Positions 40,819-51,368 of a stretch of DNA of 64,000 nucleotides are shown here, piece after piece; the stretch's first letter is position 1, and each line of letters opens with the position of its first letter. Location of the stretch: the NCBI GenBank assembly GCA_038998335.1, contig JAVZHQ010000001.1, positions 352,001 to 416,000 on the forward strand, given 5' to 3'. This DNA comes from Candidatus Aenigmatarchaeota archaeon. GTDB lineage: Archaea; Aenigmatarchaeota; Aenigmatarchaeia; CG10238-14; SCSR01. The notes beneath the pieces are model-generated. The model saw only the letters and a list, made by a program, of their open reading frames with translations. It was not told the origin of the DNA and searched no databases. The position numbers and the translations under genes are program-made.

Positions 40819-41181
40819 ATGAGACCAACAGGACCAACAAACCCCTACTTAAAAAAGCTTATAGAAGAGCTTAAGAAAAAAAGCAAGGAATTAAAAGCAC
40901 CTATTTGGCTTAGCGTAGCTGAAAAGTTAGAAAAGCCAAGGAGAAAAAAAGTTGAAGTTAACGTTGTTGATATAGAAAGACATGCAAAGGAAAATGAAAG
41001 TGTGGTTGTCCCTGGTGTAGTTTTGGGTTATGGTGAACTAACAAAACCAGTAAAGGTTGCTGCTTGGCGCTTTAGCTTAAAAGCAAGAGAAAAGATTGAA
41101 AAAGCTGGAGGAAAGTGCATAAGCATAGAAGAATTGCTTAATGAAAACCCAAAAGGTAGTGGAGTAAGAATACTTACGTGA
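40819..41181 (+). CDS. rpl18e: 50S ribosomal protein L18e
   Basis: TNP..., VPG-x-VLG-x-G, NPKGS. Confidence 0.95.
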   Translation: MRPTGPTNPYLKKLIEELKKKSKELKAPIWLSVAEKLEKPRRKKVEVNVVDIERHAKENESVVVPGVVLGYGELTKPVKVAAWRFSLKAREKIEKAGGKCISIEELLNENPKGSGVRILT

Positions 41182-41185
41182 TTTT

Positions 41186-41605
41186 ATGATAATAGACGCT
41201 GAAAACCAAATCCTTGGAAGGCTTGCTTCAAGAATTGCAAAAAAACTTTTAGAAGGAGAAAAAATAATTGTTGTTAACTGCGAAAAGGCAATAATTTCTG
41301 GGAATCCAAAGTATACGATTAAAAAATACTTAGAAAAAATTCATCGAGGAGATCCTAAGCATGGTCCTTTTTTCCCAAGAACTCCTGACGGAATTTTTAG
41401 AAGAACTGTAAGAGGGATGCTTCCTTGGGATAGGGCAAAAGGTAGAAAAGCTTTTAAAAACTTAAAGGTTTTTATTGGCATCCCAGAAGAGTTAAAAGAT
41501 AGAAAATTTGAGAAGTTTAAGGAAGCTGATGCAAGTAAGCTTAAATGTGAATTTATAAGTTTGGAAGAGCTTTCGATAGCTTTGGGGGCTAAGAAAAGAT
41601 GGTGA
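41186..41605 (+). CDS. rpl13: 50S ribosomal protein L13
   Basis: ILGRLAS, RTVRGMLP. Confidence 0.96.
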   Translation: MIIDAENQILGRLASRIAKKLLEGEKIIVVNCEKAIISGNPKYTIKKYLEKIHRGDPKHGPFFPRTPDGIFRRTVRGMLPWDRAKGRKAFKNLKVFIGIPEELKDRKFEKFKEADASKLKCEFISLEELSIALGAKKRW

Positions 41606-42021
41606 AGAAAGAAAAACCAAAAATTGTGATAACCTTGGGAAAAAGAAAAAGTTCTGTAGCAAGAGCTGTAGCCAAAGCAGGAAGCGGAAAAGTAACTATA
41701 AACTCTATACCTTTAGAAATTTGGGGAACTGAGCTTGCTAGAATGAAAATAATGGAACCTTTAGTTCTTGCAGGAGACGCTTCAAAAAAAGTTGATATTG
41801 AAGTTAATGTTAGTGGAGGTGGAACAACAGGGCAAGCAGATGCTGTAAGAATGGCCATTGCTAACGCTTTAGTTGAGTTTTACAAGGATGAAAATCTTAA
41901 AAGAAAATTTCTCGATTATGATAGAAATTTGTTAGTTGCAGATGCTAGAAGGCCTGAACCAAGAAAACCTTCAAGAAGTAAGAAAGGCGCAAGAAGACAT
42001 AAACAGCGCAGCAAAAGATAG
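41599..42021 (+). CDS. rps9: 30S ribosomal protein S9
   Basis: GKRKSSVARA, GGG-x-x-GQA, GAR...Q-x-S-x-R. Confidence 0.96.
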   Translation: MVKKEKPKIVITLGKRKSSVARAVAKAGSGKVTINSIPLEIWGTELARMKIMEPLVLAGDASKKVDIEVNVSGGGTTGQADAVRMAIANALVEFYKDENLKRKFLDYDRNLLVADARRPEPRKPSRSKKGARRHKQRSKR

Positions 42022-42072
42022 ATTGTGCGCATTCTCAATTAAATATTTAAAAATGATTTTGAAATTAAGAAT

Positions 42073-42663
42073 ATGGAAGCAAAAAATAATTCACCAATAG
42101 AGTACATAAAAAATGAAAAAATCAACGAACTTATAAAGCTATACTATGAAATTAATCACTTAAAACAACTTTATAGAAAAGGATGGTTAAGATATGTACC
42201 AAATGAAAAATGTGAAAGTGTGGCTGACCATAGTTTTGCAGTAGCTGTTCTTGCTTATTTTCTAGCAGAGAAGTATTTTCCTCAACTGGACAAAACCAAA
42301 ATTCTTAAGATGGCCTTAATCCATGATTTTTGTGAAGTTTATGCAGGAGATATAACTCCTTCTGATAAAATTGACCAGGAAAAAAAAGCAAGTATAGAAG
42401 AAAAAGCAATAGTCAAAATTTTTTCTAAACTAGAAAAAGGTCAAGATTACATAAACTTGTGGAAAGAATTTCAAGAGGAAAGCTCGGAAGAGGCAAAGTT
42501 TGTAAAGCAGGTTGATTGTTTAGAAATGGTATTGCAGGCTAGTATTTATGAAAAGCAAGGTTATAAAAATCTACAGGAATTTTTTGACATGGGAAATAAA
42601 AAAATAAAAAATCGAGTATTAAGAAAATTTCTTGAAGATATAATTAAAATAAGGGGAAGATAA
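42073..42663 (+). CDS. HD-domain 5'-deoxynucleotidase-like (YfbR/HDDC2)
   Basis: LK-x-x-x-R-x-GW, ESVADHS, IHDF-x-E-x-x-x-GDI. Confidence 0.88.
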   Translation: MEAKNNSPIEYIKNEKINELIKLYYEINHLKQLYRKGWLRYVPNEKCESVADHSFAVAVLAYFLAEKYFPQLDKTKILKMALIHDFCEVYAGDITPSDKIDQEKKASIEEKAIVKIFSKLEKGQDYINLWKEFQEESSEEAKFVKQVDCLEMVLQASIYEKQGYKNLQEFFDMGNKKIKNRVLRKFLEDIIKIRGR

Positions 42664-43094
42664 TGGAAGTTCAGGTTGGAACTGCAGCCGTTGTTGTAAA
42701 AAATGGAAGTTTTTTAGTTATAAGAAGAGCTATGAAAGACGAAATAGGAAAAGAAAGTAGCTGGACTTTGCCTGGTGGGAGAGTAGAAAATTATGAAGAC
42801 CCGAATAAATCAGTTTTAAGAGAGGTAAAGGAAGAAACAGGCCTAAATGTAAGTTTAATTAAACCAATTTTTGTTTGGACAGGAAGAAAAGGTAGCTTGT
42901 GGAGAATAGTAATCCATTATCTTTGTAAGTATAAAAGTGGGAAAGTTAAACTAAGCAAAGAGCATAGTGAATTTAAATGGATTGATTTTAAAGATTTAGA
43001 AAAAGTAAAGCTTGAAAAATGGGTAAAAGAGCGTGCAAAAACTGCAATGGAAGAACTGAAATTAAACCGAAAGTCTTTTAAATTATCAAAATAA
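42663..43094 (+). CDS. NUDIX hydrolase
   Basis: PGG...REVKEETG, LSKEH. Confidence 0.9.
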   Translation: MEVQVGTAAVVVKNGSFLVIRRAMKDEIGKESSWTLPGGRVENYEDPNKSVLREVKEETGLNVSLIKPIFVWTGRKGSLWRIVIHYLCKYKSGKVKLSKEHSEFKWIDFKDLEKVKLEKWVKERAKTAMEELKLNRKSFKLSK

Positions 43095-43122
43095 TCTAAT
43101 AAAATTATTAAGGTGATATTTT

Positions 43123-43317
43123 TTGATCATTCCAGTGAGATGCTTTACATGCGGAAAAGTTGTTGGCCACTTGTACGAAGAATATAAAAAGAGAGTAGAA
43201 GCTGGAGAAGAAAGGGAAAAAGTTTTAAATGAGTTAGGTCTTAAGAGGTATTGTTGCAGACAGCTTTTCTTAGGGCATGTAGACTTGCTAAAAGAAATAA
43301 AGCACTTCAAACCATAA
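43123..43317 (+). CDS. rpoN: RNA polymerase subunit N (Rpo10)
   Basis: [14 protein letters not shown]. Confidence 0.96.
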   Translation: MIIPVRCFTCGKVVGHLYEEYKKRVEAGEEREKVLNELGLKRYCCRQLFLGHVDLLKEIKHFKP

Positions 43318-43402
43318 ATTTTAAAGTTTAAAAATCCATAAAACTTAAATATTTAAAATATGGGAGCTGAAATGAATACAAAACTTTTTTTGTGGTGAGA
43401 TT

Positions 43403-43663
43403 TTGATATGGCCTATAGACAGACTAACGAGATTTGAAGCTGCCCGTTTACTCGGAGCGAGAGCTTTGCAAATCTCTCTTGGGGCCCCGATTTTAGTTAA
43501 AGCGGAAAAGGAAACCAATCCTATAGAAATAGCAAAGCTTGAATTTAAAAATAAAATTATACCCATAACTGTTAAAAGGAGATTACCTTCAGGGGAAGAA
43601 ATGGTAATAGACATAAAAAAAGCAATAGAAAATTGGCTAGCTAATCATGGGGGAGAAATTTAA
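43403..43663 (+). CDS. rpoK: RNA polymerase subunit K (Rpo6)
   Basis: TRFE-x-AR-x-x-GARALQISLGAP. Confidence 0.95.
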   Translation: MIWPIDRLTRFEAARLLGARALQISLGAPILVKAEKETNPIEIAKLEFKNKIIPITVKRRLPSGEEMVIDIKKAIENWLANHGGEI

Positions 43664-45267
43664 ACCAATTTTCTTAGATGATTTAAAAGCTCGGAATAAG
43701 CTTCGTACCTTTTTCTTCTATCATACTCTAGGACTATTTCACTTCCTCTGTTTTCTTTGATAAAGTCTTTTAAAACTTTAAAGTTTTCTCTTCTAACTTT
43801 ATCGCTTACTTTTGGTTCTTCCATTTTTTCAAGATTTTCGTGAACATAATGCATAGAGGTAAAGTATAAGTAATCCCAAGAAGTTTCAAAAGGTTTTTCT
43901 ACGTAGCAGCATACCCCATGCCTTATTTTTGAATTCAAGCTTCCAGGAACTTTCCAACCTTTGTTAAAGCATATCGAAGTAGTGTCTACTATTGCATCGC
44001 TCTCTATCTTTTCAGAAAAATTTCTAGGGTCAAAACCAACTTTAAGTTTGGATTTTAAGGTAGAGATTAAAGAATAAGTTAAAATCGTTTCTCTTAAAGA
44101 ATCAAGAAGTATTTCACCAGGACTTTTTCTTCTCTCGTAAGTTTCGAGCTTAAGTTGAGAAGAAGGCGAGATTAAATTTTCCTCGTAGATCAGAGGAATA
44201 AAAAGGTGGTAGCCTCCTACTGAACTTCCCGAAGCCCTTACTATAATGTCTTTTAAACCTATACTCTTATCAAACTCAAGAATTTTATTAACTATTTTAA
44301 GGGTATCTTGGTATTCAAGAGATAAAGGATCTATGTCTCTAATAGCATCTATCGGAGTTTGATGAACAGAAGCTTCAGAAAGAAGTTCAAAGCCTAAGGG
44401 ATGGGAATTTCTTATTATCTCGAAAGCGAGTAAGCGTTGATTCAACTCTTTTATTTCTTCTTTTTTTTCTATTTTTATAGGTTTTTTTCCATAAAAGCTG
44501 GGCCAGTTCCTTAAAGTAACAGACTCTTCTAGTTCAAGCTCTTCATCAAGCTTTTGCCATTCTTCATCTTTAATCAAAGAAGTTGAAATTTTTTTCAAAA
44601 AAGGAAACCAGTTTTTTGGTCTTAAACATTTAACCGAAACTCCATAATTTTTACAATAATTTGCAATAATATCACCAATCAACTTGTAATGTTCAATTAT
44701 TTTTGGCATATCTTTTAAAGAATAAGCCTCTTTGTAAGGCTGTTTGAGCTTGAATTCACCTTTTAAAGATAAGGGAAAATCTTTTGAAATATAAGAAACA
44801 CAGAAGATTTTTTTGCTATCTGAAAAAAGTTGGTAAGTGAAACGATGGCAAAAATTTATGCTTTCATAATCTAACAAAAGCCTGTTGAAATCGCTCACTT
44901 CTTTTACCAAATCTTTGAAGTCTTCTGCTTCAATTCTCCCTATGGCTTCTACCTTTTTTGAATCAATAGAAGGAAGAAAGTGTGCTTTCAAGTTGATGTT
45001 TTTAATTCCTGCAATCTTGTTTATCGTGCTAACAAAATTTTCTGCATGATTCTTTCCTTCCTTAAGTAAAACCTTTCCTGTAAAAGGGTTTTTTATGAAA
45101 AACTCAAGCTCAACCCTAAAAGTTAAAGTCTTTGCCTCGGTAAGAAAAGGCCTAACTCTATTCTTTGCTTCCTCGTTAATCTCGCTAACAGGCAAAACAT
45201 CGACTAATTTATCCTTAAAATAAAGCTTCACGTTTCTTCTTTTTTTATACTCTTCTTTCCAAGACAT
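43660..45267 (-). CDS. Putative archaeo-eukaryotic primase (AEP) superfamily protein
   Basis: RDIDP, SGSSVGGYHLFIP, IVD, KVPGSLN in C-terminal half. Confidence 0.6.
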   Translation of the reverse strand: MSWKEEYKKRRNVKLYFKDKLVDVLPVSEINEEAKNRVRPFLTEAKTLTFRVELEFFIKNPFTGKVLLKEGKNHAENFVSTINKIAGIKNINLKAHFLPSIDSKKVEAIGRIEAEDFKDLVKEVSDFNRLLLDYESINFCHRFTYQLFSDSKKIFCVSYISKDFPLSLKGEFKLKQPYKEAYSLKDMPKIIEHYKLIGDIIANYCKNYGVSVKCLRPKNWFPFLKKISTSLIKDEEWQKLDEELELEESVTLRNWPSFYGKKPIKIEKKEEIKELNQRLLAFEIIRNSHPLGFELLSEASVHQTPIDAIRDIDPLSLEYQDTLKIVNKILEFDKSIGLKDIIVRASGSSVGGYHLFIPLIYEENLISPSSQLKLETYERRKSPGEILLDSLRETILTYSLISTLKSKLKVGFDPRNFSEKIESDAIVDTTSICFNKGWKVPGSLNSKIRHGVCCYVEKPFETSWDYLYFTSMHYVHENLEKMEEPKVSDKVRRENFKVLKDFIKENRGSEIVLEYDRRKRYEAYSELLNHLRKLV

Positions 45268-45305
45268 TCAAATAAGATTTATAAGCTACTTATAAATCTT
45301 TAATT

Positions 45306-46226
45306 TTATTCCAAAAATTCTACATCATCTATTCTTCCGTCAGAATCTCTGTCTATTCCTAAAACAACCTTTGCTATAGTATTAGGAGAAAATTTATTGC
45401 CTCTTTCTATTTCTTCAAGATAGTTGATTAGCCCAATTATCGCTGCTCTTGTTCCCTTAAACCTTTTTCCACTTAAAACAAGAATTTCTTTTTCCGGGTT
45501 GAAAGGATTCTTAATTTTTTCTATTATTCCAACCTCATCTTCAACATAAACTTGTTTAGAAAAAGGAGAAACTATGTTCCATTCTCGGTGAAAATCAAAG
45601 TAAATTGGCAAACTTTTGTTTATTCTTTCAACAATCATATTCGCCTTTGGACCACCAACCAAAATCAAGTTTTCTTTTAGTTCCTCTTCTTTTACTTCAG
45701 TGTCAAGCTTATAGTTTGCATAAACTTCTTTTAGCAAACTTCCTAGAAATAAAGCTAAGTCTATTGCACAGCAACCATCAGAAGCTTGTGCTGCATACTT
45801 TCCGTGAGGATCTGGCGAACCCACTATTATTTTTGCCTCTAACTTGCCATCTTTTATAAAAGGCTTGAAAAACTTTATTTCTCTAACTTTTATCTTGCTG
45901 TTTATTATTTCCTTTCCTTCAAAAAGTTTGAAAGAAACTACCGGATAACTAACAGAATAAATTTTTGCCGTAGCTCCAACTCTTTCCTCTGTTTTTTCAA
46001 GTTTGATTAGGCCTATTTCTTCCAAGTTTCTTAAGTGATAATAAACCTTTTGTTCATGTTCCTTCAACTTTCTTGCTATATCCATAGCACAAGAAGGTTT
46101 TTTTGAGAGAAGAGAAATGATTTTTAAGGCTAGCTCGTTACCCAAGCAAGAAAAAAGTTTTGGGTTTGTTATGAGCAAAGATTCGTAAGCTCTTTGCTTT
46201 TTGCCTTCTTCTACTAGAAATGCCAT
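45306..46226 (-). CDS. ArsR-type HTH regulator with C-terminal LILVGGP domain
   Basis: AMDIARKL...VYYHL...GLI; NLILVGGP-x-x-N. Confidence 0.75.
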   Translation of the reverse strand: MAFLVEEGKKQRAYESLLITNPKLFSCLGNELALKIISLLSKKPSCAMDIARKLKEHEQKVYYHLRNLEEIGLIKLEKTEERVGATAKIYSVSYPVVSFKLFEGKEIINSKIKVREIKFFKPFIKDGKLEAKIIVGSPDPHGKYAAQASDGCCAIDLALFLGSLLKEVYANYKLDTEVKEEELKENLILVGGPKANMIVERINKSLPIYFDFHREWNIVSPFSKQVYVEDEVGIIEKIKNPFNPEKEILVLSGKRFKGTRAAIIGLINYLEEIERGNKFSPNTIAKVVLGIDRDSDGRIDDVEFLE

Positions 46227-46523
46227 AATGTTATAATTAAAATTATAACCTTATAAATTTGTTTGTAATGGTTAAGCTTTTTTTGACTTTATTTTTAAGC
46301 TTACAGCTAAGCCTTAAAATTTTATTTTTAGGTTTTCTTTTTATTCAAAACTTTATTTTCTTAATTTTGTGAAGAAAAAACAAGCTTTGTGGAGCGAAAT
46401 TTTATGCTCAAGATTTGGCTCAAATTTTGTTGTAATTTCTAGTGTTAATTATCCAAATTCTTTTGAGTGCAAAAAATGTGGAAACCTTTTTTTAAGAATA
46501 CCAAAAGCTTTGGTTGATGAATA

Positions 46524-48290
46524 ATGTGTGGAATTTTTGGTTATTTTGGTGAAAATAATGCTTTTTCAACTATCTTGAAAGGGTTAAAAATGCTTGAGTA
46601 TAGAGGATACGATTCTGCTGGAATCGCGATACTAGGCCAAAAACTAGAGATAGTTAAAGATATTGGAAAAATAGACGAAGTTTTTTCAAAAGTTAATCCT
46701 GAAAGCTTAGCCGGAAATCTTGGAATTGGTCATACAAGATGGGCAACTCATGGGAAAGTTACAAAGGAAAACGCTCATCCACATGTTTCAAACAACAAAA
46801 AGATTGCAGTTGTTCATAACGGGATAATAGAGAATTACCAAGAACTTAAGAGTTTTCTTGAAAGTAACGGCTTTGTTTTTTACAGCGAGACTGACACTGA
46901 AGTTATTCCTAACCTTATCGAGTATGAGATGAGAAAGGGGGAAAGTTTTGAAGAAGCATGCAAAAGCGCTTTTAAAATGCTTGAAGGAAATTATGCAATT
47001 CTTGTCGTTCATGAAGATGAGAAAAAAATTATAGCAACGAGAAATGGCTCTCCTTTGGTTATAGGCGTTGGTGAAAAAGAATACTTTGCAGCTAGCGATA
47101 TTCCTGCTTTTCTTGAGTTTACTCCAAGAGTTATTTACTTGCACGATAAGGATTTTGTTGTTATTGATAAAGAAATGAAATTCTTCAACCTTGCTGAAGA
47201 AAGAGAAGTGAAAAGAGAAGTGAAAAGTGTTGAGTGGAGTTTGGAGCAGGTTAAAAAGGGGAATTTTGAACATTATATGTTAAAAGAAATTTCTGAGCAA
47301 GTTGAAACTATTCAAAGAGCTATAAATCAAGACGAAAAAATATTGATGGAAGTTGCAAAAAAGATTAAAGAAGCAAAAGGAGTTTTTTTGATCGGATGCG
47401 GAACTTCTTACCATGCATGCTTAACAGCAAGCTACTTGTTCTCAAGAATAGCTAAAATGCATGTTAATGCAGTTTTGGCTTCAGAATTTTCAAACTATGA
47501 AGATTTTCTAATGGAAAAAACTCTTGTTATAGCAGTATCGCAAAGCGGAGAAACTGCAGATGTTTTAGAAGCTGTAAAGACTGCAAAGAAAAAAGGAAGT
47601 AAAGTAATTTCAATAGTTAATGTAGCAGGCTCTTCTTTACACAGAAATTCTGACCAAGCTTTACTCATGAATGCTGGACCAGAAATTTGTGTGCTTTCAA
47701 CAAAAACCTACACTTCTCAACTTGCTATTTTAACGCTTTTAGCTTATGCCTTAGCTGGAAAGTACGAAGAAGGAAGGAAAAAATTAGGATATCTTTGGAA
47801 CTTGATTTATAACCTAACTTCAGAGAGTACTAGAGAGCATATAAAAAAGCTTGCCGAAAAACTGAAAGATAAAGAGCATATATTTTTGATAGGAAGGGGC
47901 TTGCAATATCCCACTGCTCTAGAAGCTGCTTTGAAAATAAAAGAAGTTTCTTACATCCATGCAGAAGCTTTTGCTGGTGGCGAGCTTAAACATGGGACAA
48001 TAGCCTTAATAGAAAATGATACCCCTTGCATAGTTTTTGTTTCAGAAGAAAATGAGAAAGAAATTATTTCTAACGCTTACGAAGTTAAAGCGAGAGGAGG
48101 TTATATAATCGGAATTTCTCCAAAAAGAAATGAAATTTTTGACTTTTGGATAAAAGTCCCTGAAGTTGGAGAAACAAACCCTATATGCCAAATCATTCCG
48201 ATTCAAATTTTAGCTTATCAGCTGGCAGTTTTAAGGGGTTATGACCCTGATAAACCTAGAAATTTAGCTAAAAGCGTGACTGTAAAATGA
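46524..48290 (+). CDS. glmS: Glutamine--fructose-6-phosphate aminotransferase
   Basis: MCGI, EYRGYDSAG, HTRWATHG, SQSGET, PRNLAKSVT. Confidence 0.97.
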   Translation: MCGIFGYFGENNAFSTILKGLKMLEYRGYDSAGIAILGQKLEIVKDIGKIDEVFSKVNPESLAGNLGIGHTRWATHGKVTKENAHPHVSNNKKIAVVHNGIIENYQELKSFLESNGFVFYSETDTEVIPNLIEYEMRKGESFEEACKSAFKMLEGNYAILVVHEDEKKIIATRNGSPLVIGVGEKEYFAASDIPAFLEFTPRVIYLHDKDFVVIDKEMKFFNLAEEREVKREVKSVEWSLEQVKKGNFEHYMLKEISEQVETIQRAINQDEKILMEVAKKIKEAKGVFLIGCGTSYHACLTASYLFSRIAKMHVNAVLASEFSNYEDFLMEKTLVIAVSQSGETADVLEAVKTAKKKGSKVISIVNVAGSSLHRNSDQALLMNAGPEICVLSTKTYTSQLAILTLLAYALAGKYEEGRKKLGYLWNLIYNLTSESTREHIKKLAEKLKDKEHIFLIGRGLQYPTALEAALKIKEVSYIHAEAFAGGELKHGTIALIENDTPCIVFVSEENEKEIISNAYEVKARGGYIIGISPKRNEIFDFWIKVPEVGETNPICQIIPIQILAYQLAVLRGYDPDKPRNLAKSVTVK

Positions 48291-49411
48291 AGGCTGTAAT
48301 TTTAGCAGCAGGAAAAGGGACAAGAGCTTTTCCCTTAACAGAAAATAGACCAAAATCTATGCTTAACGTTCTGAACAAACCTTTGCTTTACTATATAATT
48401 GAAAAATTAAAAGGTTTGGGAATTGAAGAAATAGGAATTGTTGTTGGCTATAAAGAAGAGAAAATAAAGGAATATTTTGGAAAGGACTTTAAGTATTTTA
48501 AGCAAAAAAAGTTGGTAGGAACTGCTAATGCTTTATATCAAGCAAGGAATTTTATTGATGGTAATTTCATCGCCTTGAACGGTGACATTTACTTTGAAGA
48601 CAATTTAAAAAATTTTTTGAAGTTCAAGAAAAATGCGATAGGCACAACTTTTTCAAACAATGCTAGTTTATACGGAAGAATTTTGAAGAAAGGAAATAAG
48701 TTAATAAGAATAGAGGAAAAAGGCGTAGAGAAAAAAGGGTTGATAAACACTGGAATTTATCTTTTTGATGAAAAAATTTTTGATTTTATAGAAAAAACTA
48801 GAGAAAACGATTTGAGAAAAGAATATGAGTTAACAGATTCTATAAACCTTATGGCTAAAAAGTTTGAATTCAAAATTTATGAGCTTGAAGGTTATTGGCA
48901 AGATATTACTTTCCCTTGGGATTTGCTTAAAGCAAATCTTTTTGCACTTAACAAACTTAATGATGTAGTTATTGGTGAAAACACAGAAGTTTGGAAAAGT
49001 GCTATAATAAGAAAACCTGCAGTTATTGGAAATAATTGTACGATAAAAAATTGTGTGATAGAATCTTCTGTTATTGGAAATAATTGTACTGTAGGAGAAT
49101 TTTCTATCGTTAAAAGAAGTATAGTAGGTGATTTTTCAAAAGTTCCGCACTTGAACTATGTTGGAGATAGTATAATCGGCGAAAACTGCAACTTGGGAGC
49201 AGGAACTAAAACAGCAAACCTTAGGTTTGATGAAAAAGAAATTTTTGCAATAGTGAAAAATGAAAAAGTTTGCACTGGCTTAAAAAAATTCGGAGCAGTA
49301 ATTGGCGATGGAACAAAAACTGGAATAAATGTTTCCATTTATCCTGGAAGAATTATTGGCTGTAATAAATGGATTAAGCCTCATTCAGAAGTAGTAGAAA
49401 ATATAATTTAA
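48287..49411 (+). CDS. glmU: Bifunctional sugar-1-phosphate nucleotidyltransferase/acetyltransferase (GlmU-like)
   Basis: ILAAG-x-GTR...PK, hexapeptide repeats, HLNYVGDS. Confidence 0.88.
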   Translation: MKAVILAAGKGTRAFPLTENRPKSMLNVLNKPLLYYIIEKLKGLGIEEIGIVVGYKEEKIKEYFGKDFKYFKQKKLVGTANALYQARNFIDGNFIALNGDIYFEDNLKNFLKFKKNAIGTTFSNNASLYGRILKKGNKLIRIEEKGVEKKGLINTGIYLFDEKIFDFIEKTRENDLRKEYELTDSINLMAKKFEFKIYELEGYWQDITFPWDLLKANLFALNKLNDVVIGENTEVWKSAIIRKPAVIGNNCTIKNCVIESSVIGNNCTVGEFSIVKRSIVGDFSKVPHLNYVGDSIIGENCNLGAGTKTANLRFDEKEIFAIVKNEKVCTGLKKFGAVIGDGTKTGINVSIYPGRIIGCNKWIKPHSEVVENII

Positions 49412-49429
49412 AAGAAACAAATTAAACTT

Positions 49430-49636
49430 ATGATCATAAAAAACTTTTCGCTAACTGAGAAAAAAGGGATGTTTAACCTAACTTTGCTATGCCTCTCGCC
49501 TCGTGGAAAAGAAAAAGTAGTAAAACTTTACCTTTCTTTTCCAACTCTAGAACATCTAGCAATTTCCCTACAAAAAGCTGTTGAAGAGCAAAAGAAAAAA
49601 ATTCCTACTGGTAAAGATACAAGATACATAGCTTAG
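49430..49636 (+). CDS. Small hypothetical protein
   Basis: 68-aa ATG ORF. Confidence 0.5.
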   Translation: MIIKNFSLTEKKGMFNLTLLCLSPRGKEKVVKLYLSFPTLEHLAISLQKAVEEQKKKIPTGKDTRYIA

Positions 49637-51322
49637 CTACATTTTTTCAGGAATTTGTATCCCGATTATCTTCAAACAATTCTTTAAGATTTTTCTCGTA
49701 CAATCAACTAAAGTAAGTCTAAATTCTCTTAACCTTTTTTCTGCTTTCAAAACCGGACAATACTCATAAAATTTGTCAAAAGCTGTGGCCAAATCAAAAG
49801 CATAATTACAAATATAATTCGGCCTTAGATTTTCTGCTGCATCTTTAACAACTTTTGGAAATTTCAAAAGCAATTTAATCAAGTCTTTTTCTTCCTGAGT
49901 AAGTTTTTTTGTTTTATAACTTGGCTTCCACTTTCCTGCTTTTTTTAAAATTCCATTACATCTTGTACAAGCGTACTGCAAGTAAGGGCCAGTATCTCCC
50001 TGCAAACTTAGCATTCTGTTCCAATCAAAAATTATAGCATTGCTTGGGTCTATCTTAACTATAGCATACTTTAAAGCTCCTATTCCGATAATTTCCGCTA
50101 TTCTAACTTTTTCCTTTTCTTTCATTCCTGGGTTTCTTTTCTCAACTTCTTTTAAAGCAAGTTCTGTTAGTTTTTTAATAACTTCATCAAGCATGACAGC
50201 TTTTCCTTCTCTTGAAGACATTTTTCCTTCAGGCAGTCTTACGAGCTCGAAAGAAAAATGATAGCAATTTTTAACCCAGGAAAAACCCAAAAGTTCCAAA
50301 ATCTTAAAAAGTTGTTTAAAGTAAAGGTTTTGCTCAGAAGAAACAACCCAAAATGCTTTTTCAAGCTTATACTTTTCAAACTTTTGTTTCGTTAATCCTA
50401 AATCGCTAGTTACGTACAAACCTGTACCGTCTGACCTTAAAATAACAATGTTTGGCAAACCATACTTTTCCAAATCTGCGACTATCGCTCCTTCGGGAGA
50501 CCTGAAAGCTATTCCTTTTCTTAAAGCATCTTCAACTAATTTCTTTCCCAAATCTCTTGAATCACTTTCATAAAAATAAACATTGAATTTTATCCCAAGT
50601 TTTTTGTAAGTTTCTTCAAAACCTTTTACACACCAACCAACAACTTTATTCCAAATTTTTATTACTTCCTTGTCTCTTTCTATTTCATACTTTCTCAAAA
50701 TTTCTCTTGCTTTTTCCTCTAGCTTAGGATTTTTGTTTGCTTCTTCATGAAACTTAACGTAAAATTCCCAAAGCCATAAGTCTGGTTTTTCTTCTGGTTC
50801 TTTTTTATTACCCCAAAGCAAGTAAGCAGTAACTAGCTTAGCAACTTGTAAACCAACGTTATTCATGTAGTTTGCTCTTATAACTTTATAATCAAGAAAT
50901 TCAAGCATATTTGCTAGCGCATCACCAAGAAAAGTTGACCTTGCATGGCCTATATGCATAGGATGTACAGGATTTGGTTGAGAGTATTCAACCATTATTC
51001 TTTTTCTTTTTCCTTCGTTAAGCTCTATCCCTTTTTGAATTTCCTTCAAAACCTTTTCAGAAATTTTTTCCCAATCAAAGAAGAAGTTTATGTAACCAGA
51101 TTTTGCTTCAACTTTTTTTATCAAGCTTTTTCTAGGAATTTTTATTTTTTTAACAATTTCTTCAGCAATTTCTTCCGGTTTTTTTCTTTCTTTTTTTGCT
51201 AGCTGAAAACAAACGGTAGAAGCTAAATCTCCAAGTTCTGAGCAAGGCGGAACTTCTAGAGTTTCCTCTATTTTCTCTATGCCCAAAAACCCTAAAGTTT
51301 TTATAACTTCCTCTTCTAACAT
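49637..51322 (-). CDS. argS: Arginine--tRNA ligase
   Basis: VEYSQPN, HIGH, KMSSR, YLQYA, F-x-x-FY-x-x-CPVL. Confidence 0.96.
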   Translation of the reverse strand: MLEEEVIKTLGFLGIEKIEETLEVPPCSELGDLASTVCFQLAKKERKKPEEIAEEIVKKIKIPRKSLIKKVEAKSGYINFFFDWEKISEKVLKEIQKGIELNEGKRKRIMVEYSQPNPVHPMHIGHARSTFLGDALANMLEFLDYKVIRANYMNNVGLQVAKLVTAYLLWGNKKEPEEKPDLWLWEFYVKFHEEANKNPKLEEKAREILRKYEIERDKEVIKIWNKVVGWCVKGFEETYKKLGIKFNVYFYESDSRDLGKKLVEDALRKGIAFRSPEGAIVADLEKYGLPNIVILRSDGTGLYVTSDLGLTKQKFEKYKLEKAFWVVSSEQNLYFKQLFKILELLGFSWVKNCYHFSFELVRLPEGKMSSREGKAVMLDEVIKKLTELALKEVEKRNPGMKEKEKVRIAEIIGIGALKYAIVKIDPSNAIIFDWNRMLSLQGDTGPYLQYACTRCNGILKKAGKWKPSYKTKKLTQEEKDLIKLLLKFPKVVKDAAENLRPNYICNYAFDLATAFDKFYEYCPVLKAEKRLREFRLTLVDCTRKILKNCLKIIGIQIPEKM

Positions 51323-51368
51323 ATATGAGATATTTTATTTTAACTTAAAAAATAAATTGTTGGTGAGT

